Assembly: GCA_050575255.1 (NCBI GenBank)
Contig: JBNZDD010013707.1
Location: 4,980,233 to 5,044,232, forward strand
Reading direction: 5' to 3'
Source of the DNA: Harriotta raleighana
Lineage: Eukaryota
DNA length: 64,000 bases
The notes beneath the pieces were generated by a model. That model ran no database searches, was not told the origin of the DNA, and was given only the letters and a program-made list of their open reading frames with translations. Numbering within the stretch: position 1 is the first letter of the stretch; the number at the start of each line of letters is the position of its first letter. Shown in pieces: positions 13,479 through 25,799 of the stretch. Both the position numbers and the translations under genes were made by a program.

Positions 13479-15479
13479 TTGTGATTTACTTGTGAACTAT
13501 GTTGAAATGTTTTGGTATGACAGGGTAAAACAACATAGCAACATAACATAACAAACTTGTTCTTTCTTTTTAAAACAAATCATTAATATTCAAGTGAGTA
13601 AAACAAATGAAGGGATATGACAGTAGGTAGGATGGGGTTATTTGTAATAAGTGTGCCATGGAGTAGGCCAGTGGCAGAGTAGGCTTGATGGACTGAATGG
13701 CCTATTCCTGTTCTTAATAACTTATGTTCCTGTGCTTTTTTTCGTCCTAGCTTTTACTGTCCGTACAATTGCAGGTCAATTGTACGATCAATCAAGACCA
13801 AATAGGTCGATGATTGGCAAGGTCACGTGAAAGTAGTGATCCTGTCAATCTCTGATCCAGATTTATAGTGGAATGTCCCGAATGGTTGGGGGCAAAAGCA
13901 AACAAATATCAGGAAAAGATCGACATGACATGGTTCACTATGGCGTTCTAAGTATTAAATTAGTCCCTCCACTTGTTTGGCTTGTTTACCATTTTGAACA
14001 ACTGTGGTGCAGATTTCAACCATGCAGCTGTGTAAAGGCATTGAGCAGAAGTCAGCCACATCCCCACAGGGAGAAAAATCTTGGAATTGTTCTTAGACTT
14101 AACTTGGCAGCCAGCATCAGAGAGCAACAGAGGCGCATTGTAGCCCCCGGGTGCAGACCACCCCTGTTGGTTGTCTGTGATAGGGCGAGATCCAGAAATG
14201 GTGGGAAGGAAAAATATTATTTTTCTTTAAGTTTCATGCTCAAAGAAGAAAATATGTTTAAAATTAATGTGAAATATCATATTCACAGGACTTGTTTTTT
14301 TTTACAGATAAGCAGCATCCTGTCCATTTTGTTTGGTAGATTTTGTAGCAATAGGACTGTGAAAATATTTCTCATTGTGCAGTGTGCCTTGTTCACCTAC
14401 AAAATACACAGTCACTGCGTTTTACAGTAAATCTTGTGAAACTCTTTGAGGCATCTTCCTGGCGTGAAAGATACTATATCAATTGCAAGGATTTTTCTTC
14501 ATAATAATAATAGCATTCAAAGAATCACTCTCTAAAGGTATAACTCTAAATATTTCAACTTAATAGTAATTTATTTATAATAAATTAATAAACACATAGA
14601 GAGGTAATCTATTGTCGGGTTCTTAATCATAGAATTAATTTTCTTTTTTTTCATATTTTACTTGCAGTTGAGTGCAATTCCCTTTATAATTTACAGAATA
14701 ACAGTTTTGTTAACATCATTCTAGACAAAAGATAATGAAAAATGTCTGTGTACTACAGGGTAAAAGAAATTGAGTGCAGAACACTTAAATCAACAAAGTG
14801 CCTTCAAAGGAAATCCATCTAATCAGTATTCAGACTTTAAGTATTGCATTTTGTTTTCCCCTTCAAATCAATTACAGACCTCAAGATCCTCTTTACTGGC
14901 AATATGGTAATTTCAAATCAAATCCAACTTGTAACAGGGGTTGATGTTTATTTCAACATGCTAAAAATAACAAAAGGACGAGAAAGTGAAGAAAAGGAAA
15001 ATGAGTTTAAGGCCATTTTATTATCGATCAGAATAAGATATGATTTTTAAAAAATGAAGAATGTAGTCCATTAAACAGATCAAGGAGTTTTTAATAATCA
15101 TAATAAGAATTATTCTTTGCATTTGATATAGAGCTTCTCACCTCTTCTAGATGTCTCAAAGTGCTTCACGGAATATACTGTAAAGTGAATTGACTATATT
15201 TGTGGGCAAAACGCATTACTTAACTGTAATATAAAGGTCAGATGTAAAAGGATTAACTTGTGATTACAATATGTGATCCTATCGGCTTAATACAACAAAT
15301 CTGATCAAATGCAACAGGAACAGTTATCTATTAAATCAGCCTGATTGGATCAAATTTTTGCATTTGTTGTACCATCACAGTGTTTTTTTTAACTGTAAAG
15401 AATATCAAACATTACTTCCCTGCAGACAAAATTATTTAACTAAAACTCCTGGTTCCACACACCATGTCACAATCAAGTG

Positions 15480-16518
15480 CTATGCTCGTTGAGCGAGTGA
15501 GCGGGGATCGAGGGGCGGAGCCGAGGCCTTGCCGGGAGGGTATAAAGTCTGAGGTCAGTGACTGCGTCGTGTTGAGCGAGTGAGCGGGGATCGAGGGGCT
15601 GGGGAGGGGGAGGGCCAGAGGGGGGCAAAACTGGCAGAAAATATAAAAACGTGACGTCAGCGGGCCGTCACACACAAAAAAAAACTAACCCGAGCGACTC
15701 CTCCCATCATTAGCAGCGCATCACCCCCACACAATAGACCATCAGCGCATCAGCATCAACACACCATCAGCGCATTGGAATTAGATCACCAGCAGCTTTA
15801 CAGATAGATCATCATCCCCCCACCCTCAGGATAGGTGTCAATGGCTGGGCTGACTTGGCTAGTCACCCCCTAGCCATGGCCACACATCCTGCAGGATGAT
15901 GCCGCCCCACTGATCCCTTGCTCTCGGCTCTCTGCGTGCGCATTTTGGCTGCCGCCCCGACCCGAGCCTCTCCCACCTTCCCAAATGTCTGCCCTCCCAA
16001 TCCCCTCTATCCGCTACTCCCATCCTGTCCTTCTCTCCCACTTTCCCCCCGCCCTACCCCTCTGCACCCCCTCCCTGCAACTCTCCCGCTCTGCCCTGCT
16101 CTCTCTCCGCCCTCCCCGCCTTCTATCGCTACTCGACACCCCTACAGCCTCCCTCTGCTCCAGCCTGGGAATCCTTCGCCGGGCTCACCGTGGCACTCGG
16201 CGTTGTCCAGCAGCAGCCACACTGACTGCCCCATCCCACACCACCGCCGCAAGCCACACCGGCCACAGACCCGGGGGGCTAACCTCTCCTCCCTTATCCC
16301 CATCCCCACTACCCCAGTTGCCCAATCCGGTCCCTCCTCCCTCCCCTCACATCCCTCTGCCAATTGTTCCCTCCACATTGGACTCCAAAATGTCCGCTCC
16401 CTCTGCAATAAAGCCCTGGTCATCAACGATCTCATCCTCGATGAGAACATTGACATTATGGCCTTAACGGATAATCCTGGAGGCGAAGAACAACCCAAGG
16501 CTTCTATTCTCCACCACA
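15480..16518 (+). mobile_element. L2/CR1-clade LINE 5' portion (UTR plus start of APE endonuclease ORF)
   Basis: CpG-rich UTR, then LHIGLQNVRSLCNKALVINDLILDENIDIMALT (APE N-terminus), then IILEAKNNPRLLFSTT linker sequence; 5' boundary approximate. Confidence 0.85.
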
Positions 16519-16967
16519 NNNNNNNNNNNNNNNNNNNNNNNNNNNNNNNNNNNNNNNNNNNNNNNNNNNNNNNNNNNNNNNNNNNNNNNNNNNNNNNNNN
16601 NNNNNNNNNNNNNNNNNNNNNNNNNNNNNNNNNNNNNNNNNNNNNNNNNNNNNNNNNNNNNNNNNNNNNNNNNNNNNNNNNNNNNNNNNNNNNNNNNNNN
16701 NNNNNNNNNNNNNNNNNNNNNNNNNNNNNNNNNNNNNNNNNNNNNNNNNNNNNNNNNNNNNNNNNNNNNNNNNNNNNNNNNNNNNNNNNNNNNNNNNNNN
16801 NNNNNNNNNNNNNNNNNNNNNNNNNNNNNNNNNNNNNNNNNNNNNNNNNNNNNNNNNNNNNNNNNNNNNNNNNNNNNNNNNNNNNNNNNNNNNNNNNNNN
16901 NNNNNNNNNNNNNNNNNNNNNNNNNNNNNNNNNNNNNNNNNNNNNNNNNNNNNNNNNNNNNNNNNNN
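16519..16967. other. Assembly gap
   Basis: 449 consecutive N. Confidence 1.
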
Positions 16968-17394
16968 TGTCTCTCTCAGTCTCTCTCTGTGTGTCTCAGT
17001 CTCTGTGTGTGTGTCTCTCTCAGTCTCTCTCTGTGTGTCTCAGTCTCTGTGTGTGTGTCTCTCTCAGTCTCTCTCTGTGTGTCTCAGTCTCTGTGTGTCT
17101 GTCTCTCTCAGTCTATCTCTAACCCCCTCACACTCTCTCTCAGTGTCTCTCTCAGTCTCTCTCTCTATCTCTAACCCCTTCCCACTCTCTCTCAGTGTCC
17201 CAGTCTATCTCTAACCCCCTCACACTCTCTCTCAGTGTCTCTCTCAGTCTCTCTCTCTATCTCTAACCCCCTCCCACTCTCTCTCAGTGTCCCAGTCTAT
17301 CTCTAACCCCCTCCCACTCTCTCTCAGTCTCTCTAACCCCCTCCCACCCCTCTGTATGTCTCTCTAACCCCCCCCCCCTCTCTGTGTCCCCCCC
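16968..17394 (+). repeat. CT/GT microsatellite grading into a minisatellite with ctctaacccc units
   Basis: (ctctctcagt)/(ctgtgtgt) repeats, then repeated tctatctctaaccccctc(a/c)cactctctctcagt units. Confidence 0.92.
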
Positions 17395-17397
17395 TAG

Positions 17398-17587
17398 TGT
17401 GGCCTGGACGATGTTTGTGAGTGCCTTCTGGCACGGCCTCCACTCAGGCTACTACCTGAGCTTCCTGACTGTCCCCCTGTGTCTGGCGGCCGAGGGGGCG
17501 ATGGAGGTGGGCGTTCGCTCGCGGCTGCCGCCCTCAGGCCTCCCCGTCAGGCTCTACGACCTGCTCCACTGGTTCTGGAAGATGAGG
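17398..17587 (+). CDS. MBOAT7: MBOAT7 (LPIAT1) last coding exon fragment, truncated by N
   Basis: ccccctag acceptor then VAWTMFVSAFWHGLHSGYYLSFLTVPLCLAAEGAME...LLHWFWKMR, matching human SAWTMLLSAYWHGLHPGYYLSFLTIPLCLAAEG...HWFLKMR, including the catalytic His of WHG. Confidence 0.92.
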
Positions 17588-17588
17588 N

Positions 17589-17662
17589 CCAACTGTCCAG
17601 CGCCTTGGGACGTCCTCCTGACGTGAAACGCGCTCTATAAATGCAATTTTGTTGTTGTTGTT
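17589..17662 (+). mobile_element. L2 3' tail
   Basis: gcgccttgggacgtcctcctgacgtgaaacgcgctctataaatgcaatttt(gtt)n, the same tail seen in other L2 copies here. Confidence 0.8.
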
Positions 17663-18107
17663 GTATGCCCATGCTCACCCTTCGTGGAATTCTCTCCTGA
17701 AAAAGCTTTTACCTTCTCTCTCCCCCTCTGCTTTCAAAACTATTTTAAAAAATTGTCCATACTATTTGTCAGCACCCTTAAATTACTTCTCCTTTACATC
17801 CTACTCAGTGATTCACATTGTCGTGAAGTGCCTTGAGATGTGAATTCAATGTAAAACGGGCTTCTGTGATAGAATATTGGAGGATTTGAGGAAAGTAGAC
17901 GCATTTGCCATATTGGGGATCGGATAGATGGCTTCATTGGCAGAGCAAACTGTGACACCAATAAAATTCTATGTCCTACATACAATGCATATTACTGTAT
18001 TTTTGTAAAAGTTAAGACATCATTTCCAAAATGTTACTGTTCTGTTTCATGCACGGAATTACGATTAGCAAAAGAGAATCATGGAAAAGCTTTTACAAAG
18101 TATCTAC

Positions 18108-18208
18108 CTTTGCGACTTCTGCCTGGGATTTAAACTGCGTACATTCCAGAGTCATTAGCTCATTCTGTTTCATCATCTCCTTCATCTTTAGTTCTTTTCC
18201 TTCCAAAT
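18108..18208 (-). CDS. Coiled-coil gene (FAM186-like) exon
   Basis: 101 nt, ttcacag/gtagat, phase 1-0, (D)LEGKELKMKEMMKQNELMTLECTQFKSQAEVAK. Confidence 0.85.
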
Positions 18209-18776
18209 CTGTGAATGCAAAAACATAATGAACATATCCTGGGACATAGCATTCGATACTTTATAATCTGGCCTCCATTACAAAACGGAACCATATGAAT
18301 TTGTTTCATGCAAATTAAACTGAACAAAAATGGGAAACTTTGGGCACTGTTCTTAACCGTATCTGAATCCAATCTGGGAAATAAAATAACAAAGAATAAA
18401 GGATATGTTTACAAATCATCTGTTAGCTGCTTCAGGAAGACAAGTTTTAAAGATACTTAACTCCACCTGAGAAGCCATTGCGACAGTAGAAAGAGGAAAG
18501 TAAACCTGAAGTAATAATCTTTGCATTTGATAAAGTGCTTTATTTTGTCGTCAAGGATTCTTAAAGTCCTTCACAGGATTTGATTGTAAGTGTAGTGATT
18601 GCATACATTACAACTATTGCTGAAGGTGTTTTCTTTCTACCTGAATTGATGTTCTGGCTTCTTGTAAATGGCATCAAAATATTTCTAAAAATAACGTGCA
18701 CCAGAATCTATTTTATATTTCTATTACAGTTTTAGCAATAGGAAAATGGAATTGTGTAGAGTAGGCAGCCGCTTAC

Positions 18777-18862
18777 CAGAGTGGGCCAAAACGAGTTGAT
18801 CAGCTAACTTCAGCATCTGTTCTCTTGCCTGCTGCACTGATTTCTCTAGTTTGCGTTTCCTT
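18777..18862 (-). CDS. Coiled-coil gene (FAM186-like) exon
   Basis: 86 nt, ttttaacag/gtaagc, phase 2-1, RKRKLEKSVQQAREQMLKLADQLVLAHS; continues the previous exon in frame. Confidence 0.85.
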
Positions 18863-19392
18863 CTGTTAAAAGTATTAAATCATTTGATAAATGCAAATTA
18901 ATTTGGTGCTTACACTGAGAACAGGGATAGTGCTCTATGAATTTATTCAGCTCAGTCATGAATTTATCCCAACTAAGAACAGTTATTCAATGCAAAAAAC
19001 AGGGAAAATAGAATTTTCAAAGAAATGTGGAATTTTCCCAGGTCCTGTATTAAGTTAAAATTGATGGTTTCCCAACTTAGTTGTATTGTATGCTGTTGGC
19101 ATGAAGGTCACTGTATAAATGTGTGTTTTGTTGTCAGTATTCTATAGTGTCAAATTTTCAATATTTATAAAATCTATGAATTAAAGTTTTTTTTGTGTGT
19201 ATGTTTATCAAGATGAAAGTTGTCAGTCCTGGAAAATAAGACACTCTCAGTGAGGATCTACACACTCAGTGAGGAAATAGCATACGATGTTTAAGAAATT
19301 AATGGGACTAATAAATAAAAGAAAACCCAAGCCTTTGTCAACTTTACCTAATGACCCAGCTTTTACTCATCACTTGACATTACTTTAAAGTA

Positions 19393-20017
19393 CAGTAAAA
19401 GCCCATTTATCTGGCAGTCATGGGACCTGGCCAGTGGCGGTTCAATGGTTTTCTGGTTGAACTTTGTTTAAAAATATATATATATTTTTAAATTAAAAAT
19501 TATTTTAACACATACATATTAATAATAGAATAAATAATAATAGATAATAACAATATTGTATGGGTATTTGTAAATGTTGCACAGTACCATATAAATAATA
19601 GACTAAATACAGTAATAACAGATACTGTAATAACAGAATATTGTATGGCTACTTTAATGTAAATGTTGAACAATACTGTATAAATATAGACTAAATACAC
19701 TAATGACAGATACTGTAAAAACAAAATATTGTATTAGTACTTTACTATTTATACTTACCTTCTGTAATGGCAGCAATGGAAGGAAAACAATACGGCATTA
19801 TCGCGACTTTTAAAAAAAACGGCAGGAGTGAGTTTAGACTCGACTAGTGGCCAGCCGAAATATCTGCACCAGTACTCTCGTGCGACATTCAATTCATTAA
19901 ATGCGTCATCACTATTCTGCCAGGTAACTTCCAGTTTATCAAATCGGGACTTTTTTTTGAGATTCCGGTCAACGGGTTTTCCGGTTCATCAAGTCACAGA
20001 TAAACAAGTTTTTACTG
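19393..20017. mobile_element. Tc1/mariner (Tigger/pogo-like) MITE
   Basis: ta|cagtaaaagcccatttatctg ... cagataaacaagtttttactg|ta; TA TSD. Confidence 0.82.
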
Positions 20018-23000
20018 TACATAACTTTAAATTTGCTTCTCCCTATGAAAAAAACAATTCCCCAGATAAAATTGGTGATTCATTTCATGACTGTTTATGA
20101 ACCATTTTGGTGTGCAAATTGGTTGCTGCATTCCCCAACAAATACACAGTCATTACACTTTACAGTAAATTCTGTGAATCTCTTTGAGGCATTTCAATAA
20201 GACACTATATCAAATGCATTTTATATAGCACTTTTCACATCTTCTGGACGCCTCAAATCGCTTCACCGAATATACTGTAAAGTGAATTCACTGTATATTT
20301 ATGGGAGCTACACTTAATTGGCAGACAATTATAGAATAAATGGTACATAATTAATATTTCACAAGGACAGAAACATATTTCCTCTCACCGAGTCCAATTT
20401 TTATAATGTGGACAGGATCACCAGTTTAAAGAGAACCTATTTATTTTATTGATAAATTAAAACGATTTTCAGGAACGTCTGACTTGGGCACATCTCCAAT
20501 GCATATATTCATTCAGTGGTGCTTAAAATCGATCTCCATGTAATGTCATTGTCAGCCTCCAGATGTCTCACTGTCTGCATCTTATTCCTCGCTACAGTCT
20601 ATAAGCGAATGAGAATAGCAGCGGATACCAAAACACATTGACATGGGAAAGGCAAAGTTGTCATCCGTAACCAAGCGAACTTTGCTCAGTCACTGTGAAA
20701 TTTCCAAAATTTATTTCAGTGTCTAAACAGGATTCAGTGCAAATGTAACATTATTGTAACAGTAAATTATATAATTTAAGGAAAACATTGGGTTTCTAGC
20801 AAAATATGAAAACAAAAAAGACGAACACTATAAAAAATATACATTTTTAATAAACAGATTTTAATTTGTGTTCTTTCTTATTCTACTTTCCCACAAGACT
20901 CAGTTTCCTCTAACAACAAGATTGTCTACTCCCACACACCATGGCTATGCTTGGCTAAATTCTGCCATTACTGGAACGAAGACATTGCTTATGAGGAAAA
21001 TCCTTCCGATTTTGCATGTTAAACTATGTTTGCTGTAAAGTGTGGGTTCCTTATGCTGCAAATCTCTGTGCAGAGACTTTGCAAATCCAAATACAACAGC
21101 AATTTGCATTTATATAGTGTCCTTGATGCGGGGTAATGTCGCAGAGTACTTTGGGAATTAATATTGGAGAAAAGGTTAGGCGGAGAAATACTTTGTGTGA
21201 TGTGATCCTCAACTGCATTTCCTTCCTATCTTATCTCCAGTCAAGCATTTTACCAGCTAAATGGGTATTGTTTGCCATCAATTCTCCACTCACATTCATG
21301 TATAAACATGCTCCCAGGGGTGATAAACAAGCACATGTCCACAAATTAAAGACAAAGCTAGGACAATAGGACAATGTATTAGTCATTTTTTTTGCATACA
21401 TCAGTCTTTCAGTCTGACATCAGCAATCTTTGTGGTACTTAGGAGGTTCCTAGGTAACTAGAGTTCAAACAGACATGACCTAGTTATTGATTTAGTTCCA
21501 CGCAGTTTGCAAGATATTATCAAATAATATGGATAGGGGTGGTCACTGAATATATCAAGGGATGGGACATGAGGGCAGCTGGCTAGTTGAATGTTGCTGT
21601 TTTTTGGGGGAACTTTGGGGACATTCTGGAGTTTCTTGATCCAGGGAGTGCTTGTGCCGAACTTTTCCTTGGGAGATTGAGTAGTTTGGTGAACTATAAT
21701 AATAATAATTGCATTTGATATAGCGCTTTTCATGTCTTCTAGACGGCTCAAAGCGCTTCTGAGAATATACTGTAAAGTGAATTGACAGTATATTTCTGGG
21801 TGAAAAATTAGCTACTTCTCTCTTAAAAGTTTTCATTGAATTGGTTTCCACCACCTTTTCAGGCAATGCATCCTTGTTCTAATTTTCAAATGTTTGCAAA
21901 CCCTTGCTCACCTTCCTTCCTACTACAGTATCTGGTCCACTCTTACTGCTCTGCTAAGTTTGACCTGCTCCATGTTCCTACCCTTCTACTCCACTCCTCC
22001 ATATTTCCAAATCCCTCTACTTTGAATATTCCCTCTCCACTTTCAAACACCTTCAGAGGACCCTAAAAACTGTTTACTATACCATCTAAACCTTAACTCC
22101 CTCATGTAAACCCTAACTTCCTCCAACGCCATCCTAACCAGATCCCATTTCATCTCCATCAAGCTTCCCCACTAAATCTTTAATTTATTTCATTTTATTT
22201 CATACATTCAGAATACCCATTCTACTCTCCCAATGTTACAGCTCCAAGATGCTTTTTATATCAGTCCAGCATCCTGGCCTCAAACACCTATCCTGGGAAG
22301 CTGTTGTTAATTACTCTCTTGGTGTTCTGCTGCTTGTCCTTCCTGAAAGCAATGTTCTGAGTTGACTTTCTCAATCCCGTTTCCGTAATAATTTGAATTA
22401 GAACAAAATACTCTATGTTCTGTCTTGGTTTGTAGGATACAATGTAAAACAAGACCAGACATGTTTGAAAGTGCCTAATCATTGATGCTGGCAGTCCCTT
22501 AATAGGACAGGACATTTTTTCATACGGCTGCCTTAGTTCATTGGTTAGAAAGTGAGGCTGGCTTACACAGTCCGTTAAATTAAACAGTGCTAAGGCAGTA
22601 TTTGAAAAGAGAAGATGGTTTATCCCGGTGTCCTGGCCAACAATTCCCTCATTCTATTGGCTATTTGTGAGGTCTTTGTGAGCAAGCACAAACTCTCACA
22701 AAATACACAGTCACTGCAATTTACAGAATATTCTGTGCAGTGCTTTGAGACGCCTCGATGATATGAAAAAGTGCTATATCATAAACAAGATAATTATTAT
22801 AGTTTGAAACAACATAATTTTTTTTTAGATATTCTTAACCAATTACAGTATTGAGCTACAGAACAAATCTGCAAACATGCAGTTCTGGAGCCCAGGCGGT
22901 GAGCTGGGTTAAGTTTCAGGAGAGCTGATGCCACCTGCCTACTCTATGTTTAGTTTCTGACAATTGTGTAGACCAGCCTGACTCAAGTTAATAACATTCT

Positions 23001-23523
23001 CACCAGTCAGAAAATTGTGGATTCAATGGGTTCATGGGTATATATAGGTACTTTGAACTCATAGGCTAGGGTAACACTCTAATGTGCTGCATTGTTGGAG
23101 GTGTCATCCCTTGAATCAGACTTTAGACCAAGATCCTGTTTGCTTGTTCAGGAGGACATTAATGATACCATGAAAGAGAGTTCTCACTATATCCTGGTTA
23201 ACGATCCCTCTGATAAAACTGGTCATTCAGATCATAGGTGTTTATCGGACATTGCTGTGTGCCAATTGACCACCACAATGATCCACTTTGAGTTATCCAG
23301 ATGTGGAAGGTGCTCACCAAGTCCAAGGATTATTATATAATTCAATTTTGCACTGCACATGAGCAGTGTAATTTTTCTCAGGCGCTGCTCTGTACACTGG
23401 CAGAATTTTATTGTTTGGTCAACCAGGTCTATGATATAGCTCAGCTTGCCATTGATATCACTGTCTGGCAAGCTTTCCTGCTGCTTGTTCAGCTAGGAAC
23501 ACCCTAAATATTAGGGCTTTGAC

Positions 23524-23910
23524 TTACAACAACAACAACATTACATTTGTTTACAGCCCTACGGGAGGATGTCCCAAGGTGCTGGACAGACAGTATAGCA
23601 GACCTAAGATGTGGGCTAGAGATTGGGAAGGGTGGAGGGCAAGTGGGAAGGAGGTTGATTACAAGCACAGTCAAAGAGGAGAGCCTTGAGGTGGGTCTTG
23701 AAGGAGGCAAGGGATGGGGCGAGGCGGAGGGACTGCAGGATAAAATTCTAGAAGATGAGAACAGAATGGCTGAAGGCCTATGCGCCAATAGTGGGGCTGG
23801 CGAGGCAGGGGACTTGAATCAGGTCGGAGCCTGCTGAGTGGAGGGAGAGGATTAGGAGGTCGCAGAGATAGAGGGGTAGGAGGCTATAGAGCGCTTTGAA
23901 GGTGCAGGAT
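23524..23910 (-). mobile_element. L2 3' fragment
   Basis: (aac)n tail plus reverse complement of the L2 tail; homologous to 12449-12855. Confidence 0.82.
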
Positions 23911-25084
23911 TAATAAGAACTGAGATGACTACCTGCCCCCAGTAAGTGGTCTGCTCTTCCAAGGCCTACCAATGAGCCAGACTGTCTTATTGTCATCACC
24001 AGCGTCCTGGATTACTGCTGATCGGCTTGGCTCAGGAACTGGACTATCCAGACTGTCTCAGAGGGTTGGCTCCATTCCGATATAATCATTACCAGGCATG
24101 TCACCATGGAGCCAGTTCAGCTCCAAGGAGACTTTGCTTAAGTCAAGGAGCTGAGTGACAGGCAGTGTGTGGTAGGGAAATTGGTCACAGTGTGATCAGG
24201 AAGTATTCAGAATCCACCCCCCACCCGTCTCCCCCCCACAATGTGTGCTCCTTCTGAGAAGTTAAAAACAATTAGGTCTTTTTGAAATACTTTCAGCTCA
24301 GCAACGTGTCATCAAGAGTGCCAGAAATCAAGATGTTAACTATCATAAAAAGCTACTGAGCACCTTCTCCATAGATTTTATGTTTCTCAGTATTAGAAGC
24401 AGTCTGCCGTCTTGCTGGGCAGGGGAGTAGGGAAGCAATTAAACTAACAACTTAGGACACCACAAGAGAGTAAGGAAGAAGGAAAAGTCATTTGGCAAAA
24501 TGCCTCCTGCTTAAAGCTTGCCATTTGCAATTTGCACCATCATTAATTCTCCTTGACTTATTTATTAGCCTGAAAGCGGTAATATACTACTTTCCAACAG
24601 AGAAAATACTCACGTTCCTCAATGACCCACAAAGGTACTTGAATTTCAACTTAAGCAGCTTTATGAAGTAAAATAGTTCATCAATATCGATTTGTTTTGG
24701 GAGCACAGGATGATCTTATACTTGTACAGAAATTATACATTTTGGAAAAAAACATTTAAAGGAATCTTTCGCTGGAGAAAGTTCTGTAATAGCGTTTCAA
24801 AAGATTTTCTTTTTACCCCACACCCCACCCAGTAAGAACATGCCTTGTTCACCATCTATTTTGCCCACAAAATATATAGTGAATTCCCTTTACAGTATAT
24901 TCTGTGAATTGCTTTGAGATGTCTTGAACAAGTAATACATCAGATGCAAGGATTATTACTGTATTTTGAAAACATACTGTAAACATTGGCTGGCCTACAG
25001 TAATCTTTTACATACCAATTTCTTACTTCATGCCATTGTTATACTGTTCGAAGTGAACAGCAGAAAGCAGATGGGAAGTGTAGT

Positions 25085-25415
25085 AATCAGTGGTTAGAGC
25101 ACTCGCCTTACAAGTGTGAGACCTGTGTTCGAATCCAGGCAGGTCAGGATGAAACCTTGGAAAGTTTCCTTACTCCACACACACACGCCTAATAATAATC
25201 CCTCCAAAAAAAACACGATAATAAAATTGGTAATTTCAATCCATGACCGTTTGTCGCATACTGCTGTGTACAAATGGCTGCCGCGTTTTACCCACAATTA
25301 TGCAGTCAATTCACTTTACAGTATATTCTGAGAAGCGCTTTGAGATGTTTAGAAGACGTGAAAAGCGCTAAATCTAATTTAAGGAACATTATTATTATTT
25401 TTATTATTATTATCG
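25085..25415 (+). mobile_element. tRNA-derived SINE
   Basis: tcagtggttagagc ... gttcgaatcc B box ... (att)n tail. Confidence 0.92.
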
Positions 25416-25799
25416 TATTTAGACTACCTGCATTGTCCTGCACTGAGTAACATAGGAGAATACAATACAAGGACAAGAGAAGGACATTCGATCCATCAAG
25501 CTTATTCCAGATTGATAGATCTGAGTTATGGTCTCCAAAATGTGGAATTAAATGCATGTGCTGAGCTCTTCGAACCCATGTTAATTTACTTTAATTATGT
25601 TCTCTCGTCCTCTCTCCGTACCCTTGTCCTCCTTTGCCTTCTACATAAATTGACCATCCATCCTCCTCAACCACCTCTCCATCCTCATCCCCCTTGAGCC
25701 ACACTCTTGTATTCAAGTTCCTCTTGATGCAGCACCCTCAGTATGTCTGTACAAATATTTTTTACCTTCCGACCCTGCTAGGCTACCTATGGCATACTT

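Noticed and set aside
13873-14430. 185-aa plus-strand ORF
   Set aside because: No recognisable domain, low-complexity AT-rich composition, runs into a SINE remnant
15918-17174. 418-aa ORF
   Set aside because: Artefact of LINE sequence read through 449 Ns into a microsatellite
17110-17375. TAACCC telomere-like motifs
   Set aside because: Single units dispersed within a CT-rich minisatellite, not tandem (TTAGGG)n
18160-18372. 70-aa minus ORF with acceptor near 18374
   Set aside because: Wrong phase for the upstream exon; the true exon 18108-18208 uses another frame
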